A stretch of 64,000 bases of DNA from an uncultured Verrucomicrobiae bacterium (GTDB lineage: Bacteria; Verrucomicrobiota; Verrucomicrobiia; Chthoniobacterales; Chthoniobacteraceae), in assembly GCA_963769025.1 (NCBI GenBank), contig CAVYKI010000010.1, positions 96,001-160,000 of the forward strand. The letters are read 5' to 3'. The first letter of the stretch is position 1; every line of letters starts with the position of its first letter. A model generated the notes under the pieces. It did no database searches, had not been told where the DNA came from, and saw only the letters and a list, made by a program, of their open reading frames with translations. This document shows positions 13,501 to 20,407 of the stretch, piece after piece. The translations under genes and the position numbers were made by a program.

Positions 13501-16500
13501 GTTCGTGATATGCGTGTAGCCCGTGAAGGTGCTCGCAGCGTTGCCCAGCACCACCGTCTGGGCGCTGGTCAGCTTGAGCAGGTTCATGTTGCCCGCGAGG
13601 ATCGGCGTCACGGTGCCGCGATTCACCGTCATCGTGCCGGTGCCGGTCAGCGTGCCGGTGCCGGTGAGGGCCGCAGTCGCGGAATTGGGCAGGGTGATGT
13701 CCCCCACCGTGGCGTTGAACGCTCCCATGTCGAAGGTCGCCCCGGCCGCAACTGTCAGATCGCCCGTGCTGATGGCCTGGTTCACGCCCAGCGTGAGCGT
13801 GCCGGCGGCGACGATGGTGTTGCCCGTGTGGGCGGTCGTGGCATTCAGCGTGAGATTGCCCGCGCCCGCCTTCGTGAAGTTGCCGCTCCCGCTGCCAAGG
13901 CTGTTGGCAAGGGAGACATTCAGTCCGTTGAGGTCGAACGTGCCGCCGCCATTCAGGAACGAGATGGTGCGCTGTGAAATGTCGTCCGTGAGCCCGGCGC
14001 CGAGGCGCAGTGTGCCACCTGCAAAAACGAGGGCGCCGGTATTGCCGCCGATGTTGTCGAGGTCGGCGATTTCGAGGATGCCTTCGTTCAGCGTGGTCTT
14101 CCGGCTGCCGCCGCCCGCGGCGTTGTTGCCGCTGAGAATCAGCGTGCCGCGGCCGGACTTCGTGATGTCCGCCGTGGAGGTGAGCGGCGAGGAGATCGTG
14201 GCCGTCACCGTGCCGCCCGCCGCGGCGGAGGTGGGATTCTGGACAAAGAAGACGTATTCATTCGTGCTCCCGACGGTGATGCCGGAGTCGAATCCACCGA
14301 GCGTTATCCCCATTGCCGGAGTCCCCGTCACTGCGGCGGTCGCCGTGAAAAGCATCGTGCCGCTGGTCACGGCCAGGGTCTGGCCGCCTCCCGTGCCGGT
14401 GAGGTTGATCGTGTTGGCTGTCGTGTTGCTGTTATTGACCACCAACGCGTTCAGCGTCGTGCCTGCGACCCCCGTCAGATCCGTTGGACGAGATTCACGG
14501 ATATTGTCCGAGTTGCTGGCCTTGGTGGAGAAGGCGAAATATTCGGTGGTAAGGTCGAGCGCACGGAAGCCGGCACCGGAGACGTAGGTCACCAGCGAGT
14601 TGCCCATGTTTGCATCCGCAAGAGTGGTCGTGGTTGTCTCGCCAAAGGCCCAAGGCACAATCGAAATGGTCTTTGTTCCCGCAGCACCTCCGCCGCCCAC
14701 CAGCGTGGCGATGAATGCAGTCTGATTGCCCGCCGTGCCGATGCGGAACTGATTACGATCCCCGGTAGTGGCCCCCATCGCGCGGCCGCGCGCATCCACG
14801 GTGGCGTTGTTGTTGCGTACAAAATTGTTGGTAATGAGCGAGGCGATGCCCGTGGTTCCGCTGGCGTCGCCGCGCAGGTAGTTGGCACCCGAGTTGAAGA
14901 CGAGATCGCCGATCGTTTCGTTGGTCGTGGCGTTTTGGTCGGTCCGGATCGCCAGGCCGCTGGGCCTCGTCTCCGCGTTCCAGGATCCGTCCGCCGAGTT
15001 CAGCGTGATCGGCGTCGTATCCAGGATGCGCGCGCCCGTCCGGGTGGCGCCGTTGTTGCTGATCAGGAAACTGGCCCCTTTGTTCAACGTGATTGCGGAG
15101 GCATCCATGGTGCCCAGTGCGTCAAGGAGCACGAGCCCGCCATTGATCGTGAGAGTCCCGGTAAATCCGGCACCGGATGAACCTTGGAAACTGAGGTTGG
15201 CGACGCCGCTCGTCCCATTCCGGACAATCGCCCCGCTGCCCGTGAAAACGCCCGCGTAGGTGGTGCCCACAGTCTGGTTGATCGTGAGCGTGTTCACCCC
15301 CACATCCACAACGCCGACCGCGACACCGAACGAGGTCGTGGTGTTGCCGCCCGCAAGGTTGCCGATGGTTTCGTTTCCCGTGAGCTGCAGCATGCTCGCC
15401 TGATCATCGGCAAGGGTCACTGGCGAGGCGTCGCCGATCCCGTTCCCGCTCGCGACCAGGGTCCCGGCCTGGATGTCGGTGATGCCCGAGTAGTTGTTGT
15501 TCCCGCTCAGGACCAGCGTTCCGAGGCCAGACTTCGTGACCCCGGTCGTCCCCGAGATGGCCGAGGAAACCGTCAGGCTCTGGGCGGTGCTGTCCTGGAT
15601 GAAGATCAGCTCGTTGATGCCGGAAGTGAGCGTGCCGCCGGAGATGGTGTGCGCGCCCGTGGTCACCGCGCTGGTCATCAGGATGCCGCCGCTGGTGATG
15701 CTCAGCACGCCGCCCGCGTTGATGGTCACGGCCGAGGCCGCATCGGCATTGAAGCGCAGGCTGTTGATGTCCTGGCAGTCAAGCGTGCCGGTGAAGCCGG
15801 CCGAGTCGGTCACGTTATCCCCCCGCACCCAGGAGCCGATGGCGTCCTGCAAGGTCGTGGTCGCCGCGACGATGTTGCCCGGCGAGCCGGAGCCATCATT
15901 TTTGGCAAAGAAGGTGTCGCCGCTGCTCGTCGTCACCGTGTACCAGCCGCCGAGGATGCCCGTGCCGGTGGCATTGTTGTTGGCCGAAGTCGTGGTGATG
16001 GCGCCGAGCGCCGGAAGTTCGAGCCGGAGCGTGCCGTCGTTCGCCAGCGCGCCGCGCGCCACGTTCCCGAGGTTGAGCGTGGTGGCAAATCCATTGCTGT
16101 TGACCGCAATCTTGCTGGAGCCGCCGCTCCCGAGGGTCACGGAGGCCACCGACTGCGTCGTCGCCGCACTCGCATTGCCTTCGAGCGTGAGGTTGCCGCC
16201 GCGCAAGTCCAGGCCCGTGGTGGGCGTGAGTTTGTTGCCGTTGTTCGTCCCGTAATCGAGGATCAGGTTGCCCGCAGTCACGATCACCGCCGTGGCGCTG
16301 GAGAGGGAATTGTTTCCCGCGAGCGTCACCGTTCCCGTGCCCTGCTTGTTCACGGCGAGGGCGCTGATGAGGTTGGCCTCGATCGTCCCCGAGAAGAGAT
16401 TCAGCGTCGTGGTGACGGTGAGGTTGCCCGACCCGGTCACGACGCCAAAGAGACCCGGAGTGAGGACGCCGATGTCCAGGCGATCCGTCGTCAGGTTAAA

Positions 16501-19410
16501 GGCTCCCATGTTCAGGGTGTTCGTGGCCGCCCCGCCTCCCTGGCCGATGAGCAGGCGGTCAAAACCCGCCGCGGTGACGGCATCGTGCGCCCCGAGATTG
16601 ATGGTCGCCCCGGCCTGGATCTGCAGCGTCGCATCCGCGCTGGCACCGAAGTTCAGCACCCCGGTGCTGTTCAAGTTCAGCACGGTCGAGGCACCGGTGA
16701 CCGTGAAGTCGTCCGCGATCGTGACGGCGCCACCGGAGAACGTCCAGGTCCCGGAACTCATCGTGGCGTCCGCCGAAGTGCCCGTCTGGGTGAGACCGCC
16801 GGTCAGGGACCCCGCACCGGTGCCGATGAACGTGGGGTTGATGGCGTTGACATTGATCGGGCCCGCGTAGGTGATCGTGGCTCCGCCCGTGCCGTTCGCG
16901 GCGAGCGTGCTGGCGACGGTCATATTGATGGCGCGGTCGGTGGACTGGCTGGTGCCGCCGACGAACGCAAGCGTGCCGCCGCCCAAGCTGATGCCATCGG
17001 TTCCCTGGCCGAGATTGCTGGGGCCGCCGCCATTGTCGCTCACGGTGCTGAAGGCGAGGGTGCCCCCGGTGACGGTGACGCCGCCGGTGAATGTGTTCGC
17101 GCCGGCAAGGGTCACGACGACCACCCCGCTCTTGAAAATGCCGCCCGCGCCGGAAAACGTCTGCGCCTCGGTGAAGCTGCCGGTGGAGCCGCCCCATCCC
17201 ACACGCCCATCCTGGATCTCCACGGGACCCGAATAGCCGGCGGTGACGCTGTTTTCCAAAAGATTGCCCGCGCCCGTCTTGATCAGCGGAAATGCGCCGT
17301 TCACCGAGGTGACGATCATCGTGCCCGTGCCCGCCCCGTTATTCGCCACGTCGATGGTCGCCCCGCCCGCATTCAAGGTGAGCGAGTTGCCGGTGAGGCC
17401 GTAGGCCGTACCGGCGGTGATGTCATTGGAACTCACCGAGAGAACCCGCCCGCCGCCGATGGTGATCGTGCCCACCGTATGGGTCGTTGCCGTGGCCGCA
17501 GCGGTCACGCGATCCACCTGAATGGTGGTGTCCGCATTGACGATGAGGTTTCCCGTAAATGTCGTGCCCGCGTCGGCGGAAAGTCGCAGCGTCCCGCCGT
17601 TCAGGTTGAGACCGGTCGCCGTCGTCATCAGTGCGGTGGTGCCCCGCAGTTCGAGGATGCCCTCGTTCAGATTAAACGCGCCGGTAAGAGTGCTGACCCC
17701 GTTGAGAATGAGGATTCCCGATCCGGTCTTCGTAAACCCGCCGGTGCCCACGAGGTTGTTGTTGTCCGAACCGCGATTGAGCTGCAGCGAACCGAGGATG
17801 TGGAACAGGGCTTCGTTCGTTCCGAAGAGAAAGTTCGTGCCATTGGTCGTGGTCGCGCCGGTGGCGACGAGGCTCACGCCGCCCGTTTGGAGGATTCCCC
17901 CGCCCATCGTCAGGTTGCGGTCGCCCGCCGGGCCAAGGATGTCGATCCCGCTGTCCAGAGTCAGCGTGTAAAGGCTGCGCGATGCCGCATTGGTCACATC
18001 GGCGGTGGGTCGCGCGTTGCTGGCGGCCACCCACGTGGTCTCAGCACCTTGATTGTGCCCTGCCAGCGCCAGCGGAAAGAGGCTCGTCCCGTCCCCACCG
18101 TGAGTGGCGAATGAAATCAGCGCGCCATCATTCACCACCGCCCACGGGAGGATGGTGTTGACGAGCGCGTTCGCGGTCGTGAGCACCACCTGGTTGGTTC
18201 CGCCGCCGAGGCCGGTGCCATTCACGTAGAGCGTGCCGCCGGCGACGCTGCGCGTGATGGATGGAATCGTCAGCGTGCTTCCGCCCGCGCCCGCGGTGCT
18301 GTTGATCGTCAGGGCCCCGGCGTTCAGCGTCAGCGCGCCGAGCGTCTCCGTGGTCGCGGCGGCGTTGGCGATGAAATTGACCGTGCCGCCCGCGGAGGTA
18401 AACGCGCCCGCGGTGCGGTCCGCGACGAGTGCCGCCGTGTTGTCGAGCGTGAGTGTGCCGCGGTTGCTGAGCGTCACGCCGCTGGTGCCCGCCATCTCGC
18501 CACTGCCGCTCATTCTCAAGGTCCCGCCGTCGATCAGCAGCGCTCCGAGGAATGCCGATGTGCTGTTCCCGGAAAGGACGAGCGTGCCCGCGCCCGTCTT
18601 CCTGAACGCGCTGCCCGCGATGCCCGTGATGACGCCGCCGTAGGTCACCGTGTTCCCAGACGCATCGACCTGCACGGTGCCCGTCACGGCATTGCCGATG
18701 GTGATTCCGCGATTGGAATCGAGCGCCGGATTCCCCGTGCCCGTGAACTGGAGCGTGCCGCTCCCCGTGAAGCTGATGCTGTCCGCCGTCGCCACGCCGG
18801 GCGCGGTGCCGAGATTTGCGTCCGTCGAGATCGAGAGCGTGCCTCCGTCGATGAGGGTGCGTCCGGTATAGGTGTTCGTCCCGCCGAGCACGAGTACGCC
18901 CGCGCCGGTCTTCGTGAGATCAAATGCGCCGTCAACGGTCGAGTTCACGATGGCCGTAAGGCCTGATGCCACGTCGAAATTGGAGTTCGCCGCCAGTTGC
19001 AGGATGCCGCCGCTGAGCGTGATCAACCCTTCCTCGAAAATGAGGCCGCCGATCTGCTGCGTGCCCGATATGTTGATCGTGAATGCCTGGCTCGCATTCC
19101 CGCCCGCCGAGAAGACCGCGACGTCGCCCGCATTCCAAAGGCTGATGGCTCCCGTGCCATCCGCGATGGCGTTCCAAAGCCCTGTCGCCCCATCCCACGT
19201 GCCCGCGGCGCTCCCCGTGCCGGAGGCTCCGGCAGCAGCGCCGTTGAGGTCCCAGTAAACATTGGCTCCCTTCGCCTCGGAACCCGTGGAAAGCGAGAAC
19301 GCCGCGAAGGCAAACGCGGCGATCGATCCCGCAAGCGCAGACGGCCTGCGTGCGGAACGGGCAGTTTTTTTCTTTGGCTTGCGCGAGAGGGCGAGGAAGA
19401 TCCGGTTCAT
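1528..19410 (-). CDS. Giant (5960 aa) autotransporter-associated beta-strand-repeat protein with C-terminal PEP-CTERM sorting signal
   Basis: Dozens of LTKxGxGTLxLxGxNTYTGxTxIxxGTL repeats and a G/T/A/N-rich composition. It has a basic plus hydrophobic N-terminal signal and ends VPEP-ATTALIGAVALCALIGY-RERRR. No beta-barrel translocator is present. Confidence 0.93.
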   Translation of the reverse strand: MNRIFLALSRKPKKKTARSARRPSALAGSIAAFAFAAFSLSTGSEAKGANVYWDLNGAAAGASGTGSAAGTWDGATGLWNAIADGTGAISLWNAGDVAVFSAGGNASQAFTINISGTQQIGGLIFEEGLITLSGGILQLAANSNFDVASGLTAIVNSTVDGAFDLTKTGAGVLVLGGTNTYTGRTLIDGGTLSISTDANLGTAPGVATADSISFTGSGTLQFTGTGNPALDSNRGITIGNAVTGTVQVDASGNTVTYGGVITGIAGSAFRKTGAGTLVLSGNSTSAFLGALLIDGGTLRMSGSGEMAGTSGVTLSNRGTLTLDNTAALVADRTAGAFTSAGGTVNFIANAAATTETLGALTLNAGALTINSTAGAGGSTLTIPSITRSVAGGTLYVNGTGLGGGTNQVVLTTANALVNTILPWAVVNDGALISFATHGGDGTSLFPLALAGHNQGAETTWVAASNARPTADVTNAASRSLYTLTLDSGIDILGPAGDRNLTMGGGILQTGGVSLVATGATTTNGTNFLFGTNEALFHILGSLQLNRGSDNNNLVGTGGFTKTGSGILILNGVSTLTGAFNLNEGILELRGTTALMTTATGLNLNGGTLRLSADAGTTFTGNLIVNADTTIQVDRVTAAATATTHTVGTITIGGGRVLSVSSNDITAGTAYGLTGNSLTLNAGGATIDVANNGAGTGTMIVTSVNGAFPLIKTGAGNLLENSVTAGYSGPVEIQDGRVGWGGSTGSFTEAQTFSGAGGIFKSGVVVVTLAGANTFTGGVTVTGGTLAFSTVSDNGGGPSNLGQGTDGISLGGGTLAFVGGTSQSTDRAINMTVASTLAANGTGGATITYAGPINVNAINPTFIGTGAGSLTGGLTQTGTSADATMSSGTWTFSGGAVTIADDFTVTGASTVLNLNSTGVLNFGASADATLQIQAGATINLGAHDAVTAAGFDRLLIGQGGGAATNTLNMGAFNLTTDRLDIGVLTPGLFGVVTGSGNLTVTTTLNLFSGTIEANLISALAVNKQGTGTVTLAGNNSLSSATAVIVTAGNLILDYGTNNGNKLTPTTGLDLRGGNLTLEGNASAATTQSVASVTLGSGGSSKIAVNSNGFATTLNLGNVARGALANDGTLRLELPALGAITTTSANNNATGTGILGGWYTVTTSSGDTFFAKNDGSGSPGNIVAATTTLQDAIGSWVRGDNVTDSAGFTGTLDCQDINSLRFNADAASAVTINAGGVLSITSGGILMTSAVTTGAHTISGGTLTSGINELIFIQDSTAQSLTVSSAISGTTGVTKSGLGTLVLSGNNNYSGITDIQAGTLVASGNGIGDASPVTLADDQASMLQLTGNETIGNLAGGNTTTSFGVAVGVVDVGVNTLTINQTVGTTYAGVFTGSGAIVRNGTSGVANLSFQGSSGAGFTGTLTINGGLVLLDALGTMDASAITLNKGASFLISNNGATRTGARILDTTPITLNSADGSWNAETRPSGLAIRTDQNATTNETIGDLVFNSGANYLRGDASGTTGIASLITNNFVRNNNATVDARGRAMGATTGDRNQFRIGTAGNQTAFIATLVGGGGAAGTKTISIVPWAFGETTTTTLADANMGNSLVTYVSGAGFRALDLTTEYFAFSTKASNSDNIRESRPTDLTGVAGTTLNALVVNNSNTTANTINLTGTGGGQTLAVTSGTMLFTATAAVTGTPAMGITLGGFDSGITVGSTNEYVFFVQNPTSAAAGGTVTATISSPLTSTADITKSGRGTLILSGNNAAGGGSRKTTLNEGILEIADLDNIGGNTGALVFAGGTLRLGAGLTDDISQRTISFLNGGGTFDLNGLNVSLANSLGSGSGNFTKAGAGNLTLNATTAHTGNTIVAAGTLTLGVNQAISTGDLTVAAGATFDMGAFNATVGDITLPNSATAALTGTGTLTGTGTMTVNRGTVTPILAGNMNLLKLTSAQTVVLGNAASTFTGYTHITNGTLSIDTIANAGFSSSIGAPTGENAAIRLGLGTTTGVLLYTGTGGSTNRPFWISGTTGGGTIDNDGSGALVLNGNIENVESGGATPATLTLQGTTTGFDNVLNGIIDQCVGVLALTKAEAGTWVLANTAAPSTYTGITTITAGTLQVNRAIGGLGDSTAVNAINLNAGILSLRNDGTGNNGSITYGSASNPGGYNVQLTTSGSTINVASLTGNTGNTIVLGPLTQATAAARTLNVTGADGYSLTLSGLGLNPGTGQTTTLNPTTASLIIAGNVTNPMTGFGTGNFDTITLDGTSTGNRVDGVISDAVGGGFAPVLLGGYTRVTKSNISTWTITGANTYTGVTTVSGGTLLVNNTTGSGTGTSLLTVTGGTTAATQGILGGTGTVTGGVTLAVGGATNFSQGAVLNPGTVGTAGTLTINTVGLTTNANAFGKLNFDLAGVTTVGGGVNDLISTDIIPVFGTNTQVNINAMAPLSVGGLYTLVNGYTGTLSNFGNLVLNPVFAGDPAHTGVLQNNSNQLQLFVTNLTPSIAFWSGSVDANWNTLGAGAASNWRTDATGNADTFALPGTTTDVHFYTTTPAAGNLATVLGQNFTIRTLTFAAAATSGASISGNTLTLTPPSGTTGLAVESGAGAVTINSAVTLGAAQIWANDAANVLTINGNVTGAFGLTVAGTGDVTIAGTIPAGVTSVTKTGTGTLYLSSANGFTVNTNINTGGVVKIDAETGLGVGTNDIIFGTGGGTLQVTTGFNANSGKVFNVQAGPGTIQVDGGTLVMSSAIVGTTAATANGGGLIKTGAGTLALTVSSSSYDAQGVGVGGATGVGFRVDAGTLLLQGTSNSVVGDINPNSMTMQLNGGALAIQTDTASIARANVYVTGTPTTITLDRATPGNGITQAIGTGTGAGLTMGVGSSVLNIAGGANITGGTEVVSFTGSASFLASPTFNVTNASGGGALTLTLGALNDNGVARTITKEGDATMILATAATGLVDGTVIDLNGGTLNSNNATALGALAAVDVGDGTTLNIGASQTLGSLGNVGTVTNSGLVNITGAFTLTVGNVTNNLSSTFTGSIQGATGAVAKAGGGNLTLSGLSSSAASNYGGLTTINGGTLTFDTANPSLSGGLTLGAAATTVPVAFDLNGINASFGGALIMNINSATASTITVDPGKTLSFGGNVQIGATTPGTTNARATLTMTGGGNLNVTTAAGGLFAVGGSTSSTNSQNSVLDLTGLNGVTIDVSATGTVRVNQPNGTNLAGNQSTLLLPTPTTGITPTTPVTTITAANFNVGDNSGNAGAAGQTNSVVLGTGLTTLYVNTVNVGTGGRDMGQITVASGNGTIFLRAADTTSRVALNIGTGAANTGVPPGAGVTNIVDFTGHSADLLLSTLNIGTQSRGSSHGNSFSFDTGTLDMLSLTAATRTAESGNGAGLARTTDVTINLGGGIVNIASGILQFGNLAGTYTVAGQSATENATLNISGGTVTIGATSGTAITMAALNNGTSTQATAVNSTINISGGTTTLGGNIVKIGLSGTGSGSKVANAAINLSNGLLDMAGFNIGSSTQSVAFEGQGGTLQNLAELNGGTTPLLKTTGGTLTITGTNTYSGGTAIQDGTVIAVGGVNERLGSGGLSFGNLGTSGVLRLGNGSGASNQTATSLASSGFGTSNAIVSGNAAFSTLTVNQSTVTTYNGGLGGAGANENNLHFVKTGSGELTVGGTSTYTGSTTVTGAGSKLTFAGPISGTTAITVGDGANLRLLNGVGDKLTVTALTLGSSGGTLTELGLNVGDTVTAGDQLSTDLITLSTGGALTLFAGNQIKFNLTDIGLNPSQNYNLLSVVDGGLTTGLLSNSDWLLGATPGGFTSITLVRTDTLMYITTGLLITGDWFWRGGAGLVWNDATNWSEDKAGTTARISSPGQGSDVKFIADSLTGGAALTTTLEQNFKINSLTFEPSTNPLDTPSSVTINTGALTTSRIAIAPQVSTDGLKITTGGPATVTINAQIRLGADQTWNVTSASTLVLSGSIIGPGFLKLNDDGTSAGTIILRGTDALGTYDGATTLTAGRLILEGLADNRLPGLNAFTLGAGSTSAVLQLGDSVNGASNTALGTLTTSGSGTANAIVGGSAAVSTLIVTQGATGTFGGVIGGAGTNENNLALVKTGTATLILNGANTYTGTTTVNNGILRLGAAGSITTSSALSVNANAGTTATFDNNSRTTVFTGGITLGGADIAATPVIANTGGGGSITLNGNVVFDGTNDPLGGSIAAPMDLGTASRTFTANDSATAATDLTVSGAVTSTAGNVGANGFALVLDGTGNGLITGPVTLASGTTDGANSDVIKNGTGTWTIQGTVSVGDDYLVNAGTLTVSGAGSLILGSAGDLVADSTGAPVVNLNVVDAIVGGAGQNRLFARDGATIYLNATNAIGSSIEQIILGDDNQGIGNLELLGGTTNTIPLLQIGFNTVATEVGNITGTGTLNVTNTLTLNQGTVSANLSGAAAATRDNNLTVTLSGNNSLTGTTLNREGTLVLDFTTNAGTDNKMGTGAFTVGSATNSDAPSNTNLIGNATAPSTQTVASLAVAGGPSQMSLTSAGGQNVTFAVAGTITRTAGILNVSLPDANTLFAYSGPTVNTNGIVGAWLTINDRDFASISGGQIVAATYTTKNNASTWGSNENITNSAGFTGTVDPDCNTINSLRFDVAATSTITVGQSLVISSGGIMVTSTVVGSSSTITGGTLASGTNEFIITQNNTGTLTLASRIVGGAAITKNGTGITVLSGTNNQTGTITIIEGTLRLTGGSAVSDNSQINLRNAPGTRLELVTNQTETIGSLAGDSGGSVVLNTGSTLTVNQTSAQTVNAIFSGAGKLVKDGGSTLTLTGNSTMTGNVTVNAGLLSLSGGSGDIAQATSYTLNGAELRSVQDQSGTIDRVSNTVAITLNNTAGTNGITVENTYATTAGSRDENVGAINLGAGHNVATALPTNNSTATVALLTADTLSRGSNRATLLVRGLALGSTATARKGLIRFDAAGQAALNGFEVGNGSDTGTQLKIIPWIVGDVTNAGLGNSFVTNVDATTGVRPLATTEYINDDNTITGTLFDNIRFTATAAITATPAAINSLVLDSATPIALTGSASPMESSMEITTGAILAAGAGSHSIGTISEITTGGSRDYTVFVTTAAGSLTLATPLTSAVPLVKSGAGTLALTDTGNLFTDVYLNQGTLLIDNLDKVNGTTNALHFFGGGLKLAAGFTGDPSTKPWDINTGGGTLDVSLVTAGVTLANGINDTTAGSADELNIITRSVTTGTTGLLTIQGASTFTGTTIVNQSVNSSTVSSVVLNGTTNSAINGNLQIGNVTSGTLDVVVGLGADEQIVDTAVLSFVSASGAEAYFKLFGRTETVAGISAVSRGVIENHESATDTVAGNGTLIVNSNQDFSFTGFLRNRASGTGGTLAFTKQGNGTQILAGANIIYTGPTTISGGTLQLNDATAFASDITNNSNLVINRTTGTQTLSSAISGSGSVIKLGAGTLVLAGGSSYSGVTDIQQGMLSISASNNLGDASATNDIRIANGSTFQSTGANVDLGVGRDIALAGALASIDVTLANVLTVSGVISGDDCTDLLKTGTGTLVLAGTNTYSATTTISDGALQVGTGGTTGTTGTGAIVNNGALSFNRSNTLAVANNISGSGALVQSGTSTGRTVLSGTNSYTGTTTVASGTLQAEKQVSLYNGNAANWTAAKVIVEPGATAAFNVGGAGEFTASDIDTIKVIGTASGGFKNGSSLGLDTTNAGGTFTYGTAIANTNAGANSVGLTKLGAGTLELTAASSTYTGVTTVDAGTLAVTGSLSGTSGVKVNSGGTMLLNAANRINDAATMELAGGTLNTGGFNETLGALILSQSSNIDLGSGASILTFGAGTTFALGANLVIDGWTGNPLMPGPGGGGTDQLIFNTDIAGSGWLNQISFTGFGAAAQIDLGGGQYEIVPVPEPATTALIGAVALCALIGYRERRRFPGVRSRTAGR

Positions 19411-19798
19411 GTTGATGCGAGGGTGCGAGGGGTGGGACGAAGACGTGGGGGGCGGCTAAAGGCTTGCGACTGCACGGGATTCAGCGGCGGCATACGCCGT
19501 ATGCGCCAAGCATTGCCTCGAGCGGAAACTCGACGCGGGAGGCTGCGAATTGAGTCACTGATTCTGGGGGATAAAAATTGGCTTCCGGTCAAGGCCACCC
19601 GCCGGTTATTCGCCAGCGAATGTCCCTAGAATTAACGGTGATAAAATCATGCCGTAAACTTGCCGGCAAAACCCATGAGTTGTCGCGTTTTCCGCCAAGC
19701 CGCTGTCGTAAAAAATGACCGGACATCTCCCCCTGACAAACGAGCTTCCCCCGGCTTGCCCGTTTGCACCGCACATCCTCGCCCCCTAGCCTCCGAGC

Positions 19799-20266
19799 AT
19801 GAAATTCACTGCCTTCGCAAAATTCATCTGTGCTGCCAGCCTCATCGCTTCCGTAGCCACGCCCCTGTCGGCGGCTTCGAATCGCGAAAAGGGCGAGGCG
19901 TTCCTCAAGGAGAACTCCGCCATGGAAGGCGTGAAGACCACCGCCAGCGGGCTGCAATACAAAGTGCTGCAGGAAGGCACCGGCAGGACCCCGAAAGCCA
20001 CCGACACCGTCGTCGTCCACTACCGGGGGACGCTCATCACCGGCAAGGAGTTCGACAGCTCCCACAAGCGCCGCAAGCCCGCCACCTTCGCTCTGAACCG
20101 CGTGATCCCCGGCTGGACCGAGGGCGTGCAGCTCATGAAGGAAGGGGCGAAATTTCAGTTCACCATCCCCGCAAAGCTGGCCTACGGCGAGCGCGGCACC
20201 CCCGGCGGCCCCATCCCGCCAGACTCCACGCTCGTCTTCGAGATCGAACTCCTCTCGATCAAGTAG
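19799..20266 (+). CDS. Secreted FKBP-type PPIase, copy 2 (155 aa)
   Basis: Same motifs and length as 916..1383; about 75% amino-acid identity by manual count. Confidence 0.95.
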   Translation: MKFTAFAKFICAASLIASVATPLSAASNREKGEAFLKENSAMEGVKTTASGLQYKVLQEGTGRTPKATDTVVVHYRGTLITGKEFDSSHKRRKPATFALNRVIPGWTEGVQLMKEGAKFQFTIPAKLAYGERGTPGGPIPPDSTLVFEIELLSIK

Positions 20267-20407
20267 GCCGTTCCGTTCGGCGCGTGAGCGTCTGCGTGCG
20301 CGGACTTTCCGTATGGTCCGAGCCCATCCAAAGCACAAAAGGCATGCGCATCGAGGTGATGCACATGCCTTTTGTTGGAATTACAGGATCGCGTGTGCGT
20401 CCGCTGC

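Noticed and set aside
1787..19258. Long plus-strand ORFs (e.g. 9334..13977, 5146..8001, 15184..18114)
   Set aside because: Antisense shadows of the GC-rich repetitive giant gene, with no recognisable motifs.
19411..19798. Sigma54 promoter or invertible switch for the giant gene
   Set aside because: No convincing -24/-12 motif; only an imperfect inverted repeat near 19660-19698 and no recombinase.
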